DNA of 60,312 bases, taken from Priapulus caudatus (taxonomy: Eukaryota). How positions within the stretch are numbered: position 1 is the stretch's first letter; each line of letters starts with the position of its first letter. This document shows positions 53,701 to 60,312 of the stretch, in pieces. The position numbers and the translations under genes are program-made. The notes beneath the pieces were generated by a model. The model had not been told where the DNA came from. It saw nothing but the letters and a program-made list of their open reading frames with translations, and made no database searches. Where the stretch lies: positions 786,772 to 847,083 of the forward strand of contig NW_014577071.1 of assembly GCF_000485595.1 (NCBI RefSeq), read 5' to 3'.

Positions 53701-56700
53701 AGGATGGCGACAATAAATAGCAACAACATGAAAAACTATAATATAGCAACAAAACAACACCAACGATCCGAATTACGACTCATGGACAACCATGACGATA
53801 GAGAAAACTCGCAAAACAGGCAACAACAGACACCAACGATAACGACATGCAGCCTCGCTAACTAGTCCATTGAACAGTAGATGAAGTCAAACGATAACAG
53901 CAATCTCGCCGGCACCGTATAGTCAACGAGATAAAAAACGAATCCTGGCAATTAATTTCCATTAGTTCGCAGCGCTTTGCTTTTGTTTTCTAGCGCCACC
54001 CAAATTACGAGAATCCGCGATCGATAAGACATCAAAGTTAATTAATAAATGATGTGCCGCGAGCCTCCTAGTTTAATCAATTGCGTAACTCTTCCATGGG
54101 CTGCAGCCGCGGTCGAATACCGGAGCACGCCCAGAGAATTACCATCAGTCACCAGAGGCTAGAGAGAACTGTGAGAGGTTGTATATTGTATCCAGCCGCA
54201 TTCTATTCGTGATCCACTTGAATTCACCTCCCGGTGCGCGTATCTATCTAAATCGAATATTGTTCTGCTCCCATGACTGCATTACGCTAGGTGGGATGAT
54301 CGCGAGATTTTCTCCCCTCGCCAAGTGTCGCCTTTGACTATCCGCTGACATCGACCTTGCTCATGACTGATTTCCGTATCCCAAATTTCTCGCGTACGGG
54401 GTCTATGTAACCCGACCACAGCACGACAAATCCAAAATTAACTTTAATACTAACAACACAGGCATGCGCCGTATATTTTATAAATGTAGAGTAGATTAAA
54501 GGTATTTATAAAATATTTGTAAAATCTTAACTATATGAGAAGTGCTGTCCGATGGAAATATTAAAAATAGTAAAACTACCCTAGACTGGATAATCCTATC
54601 TAAGCCGAGTCAAGCCGCCGTTTGTATTTTCAGTTTCATTTCCAGATCTTTAAATACAATCGTGCCAGTGACAATAGCGTTTAGGCGGTAGCCAGTGACC
54701 TATTTACTGTTTAAAGATTCTCATCTACGGACTGCATGCAATTGGGGCTGCCTCGGGTAGCAACGTGTCCTTTTGCCCTGTACGCAGTCNNNNNNNNNNN
54801 NNNNNNNNNNNNNNGCTACACGGGTAGAGCTATGTTGATCGTACATCCTTGTAGCGGGAACAAAGGGCTACACGGGTAGAGCTATGTTGATCGTACATCC
54901 CTGTAGCGGGAGCGAAGGACGACACGGGTAGCGCTATGTTGATCGTACATCCCTGTAGCGGGAGCGAAAGACCACACGGGTAGAGCTATATTTCATCCTG
55001 ACGCGTGGCCGCGTAAAAGATGCCTATTTTATACGGCTACAGCTACGCTACAGGGATAACGTAATATATCTTAGCTTTTAGGATTCTAAATCGGTTCTGT
55101 AACAGATGAACATTGGAGGAAAAACGGGGGATGGAATGGAATGTGGCAGACGAAGAAACTCAACGATTGATTCCAGGAGAAATGCGCGTATATACGTGAA
55201 TGAAGCCTTTAATCACGCGCGCGTTTTGACCCTTGAGCGGCGACTCATCCTATATAGATCAACATTCGACGATCGATGGCGACCAGGAATTAAAGACTCC
55301 TCGTTCTTTCTCGCTCAAAATCGCATTTCCTTCGCGAGCGTCCGGACTGTGGGGACGGTCGGGTTAAACGGCTTACTGGCTGCTTAGTAATCATGCAATT
55401 ACAGCTTGTATATACACATGCATACACTCGATCGAGAATCCTTGTCATTCGAATTTCCACAGCCGTCACTATACGCATCATTCTTAACCAAGAAGATCGA
55501 TATGATTCTAGATTCATCGTGTTTTTCTCGATTATCAATTCGAATTCGAATTCATGATAATTTTGCCGATTCCAACCATAGTTCTGAACAGCTGAGCACT
55601 TCCAACTCCGCTAGCGAGAGATAATAGTGAGCGGCGTTATTGCGCTATATATAGAAATCATCGTATTGAATAGATTCATAACGGGACAATTTTGAAGTAA
55701 ATGTATGAATGAAACTCTAACCGTAAAGGCCGAGCAGCCGTAATCAGTTTTCGAATTTCTTACGAAATCGTATTCGGGCAAGCTAAAATGATGTCGAAAT
55801 CGTTGTAATTTTATATAATATATGTGCGTGTGTAGGTCTGCATGATTGTACGTGCGAAAGCGCGAGTGCGGTAACAATTTCATTTTTCAATCGTCGATTT
55901 TTAACCGCTTTCTTTATTGGTAATCATGGTGGGAGACCGTGATTACGAATCTATCAGTCTCTCTGCTTCTTCACTCCTGCGTTCTCTTCATCCTCTGTCG
56001 CCTACCACCCCACCCTTCTATTGGTTTCTTCTCAGTTCTCTTCTACCTATCTCTCTAACATCCCCACCCTTCTACCGGTTTCTTCTCCGTTCGCGTCTTC
56101 CTCTGCCGCCTACCACCCCCCTTCTTCCACCGGTTTCTTTTCCATTCTCTTCTTCCTTTTCCGCCTCCCACTCCCACCCTTCTGCCGGGTTCTTCTCCGT
56201 CCGCCCTCCTCCTCCTCCTCATCCCTTCCCCCTACCACCCCCCGTCTTTCTTCCGCGACTTGTGAGTCGAGGCTCTCTCGAGCGCAACTCTCGTCTCAAG
56301 AGCATCGACGAAGTATCGTCAGTTGTTTCTGGCAGCTGCTGATACGGAGTCACTAAGATTGAAACCCCGCGAGACCACGTGACAGTCGGAGAGCGCTCGC
56401 TCGCTCGCTAGTGCGCGCTTGTTCTCGCTCGTGAGTTTGCTCGCTGGCTCGTGAGTTCGCTTGCTGGCTCGTCTAGATCGTAGCACTTTACTTGCGCCCG
56501 GCTGACTCTGCGATTATGCTTATGAGACTGAGTGATTTATGTCAAGACATATTGGGAGCGCATTTGTTCGAGGCAGCATCGGCGCAGCAGTCAGATAACA
56601 TCGACGATCGCTATGTACTGCGTAGTTGCGGAATGCTCGCGCCAGACATTTTCGCTCTTGATCTGCTGTACGGACGGACGGTTCCCCTGTTACCGATATT

Positions 56701-56801
56701 GTAGAGAAATTGATCCCGAATGACTCTGTCTCTCTCTGTCTCTCTTTCTCTCTCTCTCTCTCGCGCGCGCATTCTCTTTTGCTCTTTCCATATCGTCCCC
56801 C

Positions 56802-56861
<60 letters not shown>

Positions 56862-57456
56862 TTCTCTTTCTCTCTCTCTCTCTCTTTTCCACTCACTGTA
56901 TTTGCACACAGAGAGATCTCTGATATATACATAACATATTAAACCGCGTACAACGCGTACCCAACGTCTTGTAGACTTCAACAGGAAGCAAAACTCATTT
57001 GCAATGACGCAATTAGTATAGGTACTAGTATGGGCACAGGTTTCGCCACCTGTCCGTAACAGATTTCACATCTACACCTCGTCCGCTGCGACAATTGCAT
57101 CGCCGACCTCGGTGACCGCTACAGGGCACCATCTGCTGCGGACAGCGAAATCCGCCTTTGTGCTGCGGTGCGGCCAGCTAATGACTTCAGCCCCGCGGAC
57201 ACGCGCAGGATTATTCAATCGTCGCCAAGATTTGGAACAACGGTGATCAGATCTCGAACGCCAGTCAACATCATTGTTATCATTCGTCAACGTCTCCGGC
57301 TTTGATCGGCTGGCTCGCCTAGCGGAGTGGCTAATTATAACGTGGCGTTTTTTTTCTTCAAATGTTTCCCCTTCGATCCCCTCCCCCCCCCGTTCTCTCG
57401 CGCACGGTGGATTACTGTTAGTACACCTCCTCGTCGAGTAGACTAGTGTATCGTAC

Positions 57457-57553
57457 CAGAGGTTAATAATGACAAATTGTCATTGTCATTTTTGACAAAT
57501 TTGTCAATTTGTCATTGCAAATTTGTTATCAAATTTGTCATCATTAACCCCTG
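57457..57553. mobile_element. 97-bp palindromic micro-MITE, CAGRGGTTAAT termini, degenerate 7-bp TSD (atcgtac/ataatac)
   Basis: cagaggttaataatgacaaa...tttgtcatcattaacccctg. Confidence 0.6.
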
Positions 57554-58216
57554 ATAATACTGACCAGCATGCTTCATAAAACGTATATATATATATGAAC
57601 GTCTACTAATATAATATAATATAATATCATATAATATCATATAATAACATTATAATATTACTACATATACAACAAGGTGAAGGTCGCTCGTTTGTCAAAC
57701 TACACTTTAATTATATTAGAATCATATTGTGATGAGCAAGACTTTTATTACATACGTAATACAATTTGCTTTACGTAGAGACTTCCTAGCGCAGGAATAA
57801 CAAAATTAACGTACAATTTATACATTAATTTAAAATGAACGTGATTGTCATTATTTATTTATTTTTTATAATGAAATTCATATATAGGCCTTCTAAACTG
57901 CCAAATGTATTTAGCGAGAGCGCGGGAGAGCTGACGGTTTCCTTCATTTCACATACGTGATTATAGCTGCGATCAAGCGCTTGCTAGTCGTACGATAGAT
58001 AACCTACTTGTCAGCCTAATTCTCACAGCTAGCCACACATCTGCGAGCAAATCTCGTTGCTGCATTAGCTCCCCCGTACACACACACACACTCACACACA
58101 CGCACACACACATACACACACACGCACGCACGCGCGCACACACACACACACATACACACACACACACACACACACGCACGCGCGCACACACACACACGCA
58201 CACGCACACGTACACG

Positions 58217-58283
<67 letters not shown>

Positions 58284-58575
58284 CGCGCGGGGTGGGAGGG
58301 GTACGTGTACGCGTACAGTTACGTTACCGAGAGCACGCAATTTCACATCATTACTCGCATTCGTTAGCACTTTACGTTCGTCGTGCGTCTTTTACGGGTT
58401 TTTTTCCTGGCGGTGTGAAGTGTCCGAATACAATTTAGAGAAGAGGTCTGAGTCGGCCATCTTTAAGATGAGCTGTCAATGATCATCGAGTCTTCTGAGT
58501 GGCTATGTGTCGAATGCGAGATGGATTTTTACTCGTGGAAATCACTGCTTGAGATTCAAGAGCTTCTTGCCACTT

Positions 58576-59640
58576 AGTATTGTAATACTACTCGTAATGT
58601 AGTATTGTAATACTACTCGTAATGTAGTATTGTAATACACCTCGTAATGTAGTATTGTCATACACCTCGTAATGTAGTATTGTAATACACATTGTAATGT
58701 AGTATTGTAATACACGTCGTAATGTAGTATTGTAATACACCTCGTAATGTAGTATTGTAATACACCTCGTAATGTAGTATTGTAATACACCTCGTAATGT
58801 AGTATTGTAATACACCTCGTAATGTAGTATTGTAATACACCTCGTAATGTAGTATTGTCATACAGCTTATAATGTAGTATTGTAATACACCTCGTAATGT
58901 AGTATTGTAATACACCTCGTAATGTAGTATTGTCATACACCTCGTAATGTAGTATTGTAATACATCTCGTAATGTAGTATTGTATTACACCTCGTAATGT
59001 AGTATTGTAATACACCTCGTAATGTAGTATTGTATTACACTTCGTAATGTAGTATTGTAATACACCTTGTAATGTAGTATTGTAATACACCTTGTAATGT
59101 AGTATTGTAATACATCTCGTAATGTAGTATTGTCATACACCTCGTAATGTAGTATTTTCATACACCTCGTAATGTAGTATTGTAATACACCTCGTAATGT
59201 AGTATTGTAATACATCTCGTAATGTAGTATTGTCATACACCTCGTAATGTAGTATTGTCATACACCTCGTAATGTAGTATTGTAATACATCTCGTAATGT
59301 AGTATTGTATTACACCTCGTAATGTAGTATTGTAATACACCTCGTAATGTAGTATTGTAATACACCTCGTAATGTAGTATTGTAATACACCTCGTGATGT
59401 AGTATTGTAATACACTTCGTAATGTAGTATTGTAATACATCTCGTAATGTAGTATTGTAATACTACTCGTAGTGTAGTATTGTAATACATCTCGTAATGT
59501 AGTATTGTAATACACCTCGTAATGTAGTATTGTAATACAGCTTATAATGTAGTATTGTAATACACTTCGTAATGAAGTATTGTATTACAACTCGTAATGT
59601 AGTATTGTCATACAGCTTATAATGTAGTATTGTAATACAC
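58576..59640 (+). repeat. 25-bp minisatellite, about 42 copies
   Basis: GTAATGTAGTATTGTAATACACCTC with exact 25-bp period (58741, 58766, 58791...). Confidence 0.95.
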
Positions 59641-60147
59641 ACGCGTGCGCGCATAAATACACTAATGCGAACTTATTCGACATGCATGTTCTGTGTACTA
59701 TGTCGAATACCTACACATAACATGTCACTATTTCACAGGAACCATTTATTTTTATTTTCACTTTGAAATTCCAAATAGTTAAATCAATCGCCCCATGATA
59801 ACCAAGCAAACCAAAAAAAAAAGAACCAACACAAATTTGGGAAATAGTTTCACTCATAGCTTCTCGTGAACTCCAGAAAACTAATTTATTTAAGTATACT
59901 TGATTGCTTACATAGCCGTACACACCGCACACATCTGGCCGACTAGTAGTAATAACGGTAAAAAGCTTTTGCGAAAAATGCACCGATTATATCACCATTG
60001 ACTTACATAGCGGAAGTATATAAAGAAAACCATAATGGCGGACGGATGTAATTATTTAATAGCGCCATTGCGTTATTCAGGGAGCAGCTAAATACTGCAA
60101 TTTACTAAACATTAATCAGTCACACACACGCGCACGCACACACGCAT

Positions 60148-60219
<72 letters not shown>

Positions 60220-60312
60220 GCGCCGACCCACACCTGCTCGTACCGTACACTCCCGTCCGTTGGACCTACAGCAAGTAATACATCGTACGTAATGTAGTAT
60301 TGTAATACACCT

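Larger units (their letters stand above)
54815..60215 (+). repeat. Redundant segment X'-Y' (copies of 42240-44340 followed by 34475-38290)
   Basis: Starts immediately after a gap; colinear with X and then with Y, switching inside a CT tract near 56760-56785. Confidence 0.9.

Noticed and set aside
58576..59640. CRISPR-like appearance or repeat protein (YYNTTLRGVLQYYITRC...)
   Set aside because: Contiguous 25-bp tandem units with no unique spacers, no cas genes and a eukaryotic context; the ORFs arise from repeat periodicity.

Overview
Eukaryotic (invertebrate-like, CpG-rich, microsatellite-rich) draft-assembly sequence with many N gaps. Almost all ORFs in the supplied track are simple-repeat noise. 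Two real genes are visible. (1) On the minus strand, two exons (40053-40217 and 1532-1795) of an AMPA-like ionotropic glutamate receptor amino-terminal domain splice in frame across a 38,257-bp intron. (2) On the plus strand, inside that intron, six in-frame exons of BRAT1 (25125-28215, about 452 codons, no stops). BRAT1 is incomplete at both ends, so it is either a nested gene or a misplaced block. The rest is transposon-derived or repetitive. It includes a ~4-kb element with ~310-bp inverted arms enclosing a decayed LINE-type EN/RT remnant, with an apparent empty-site copy beside it. There are also 39-100-bp P-element-like micro-MITEs (two with exact 7-8-bp TSDs), a foldback palindrome built from 52-bp repeats, several minisatellites, and multi-kb duplicated blocks that look like haplotype or gap-fill redundancy. 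All homology calls are by eye from recalled family motifs; no searches were run.
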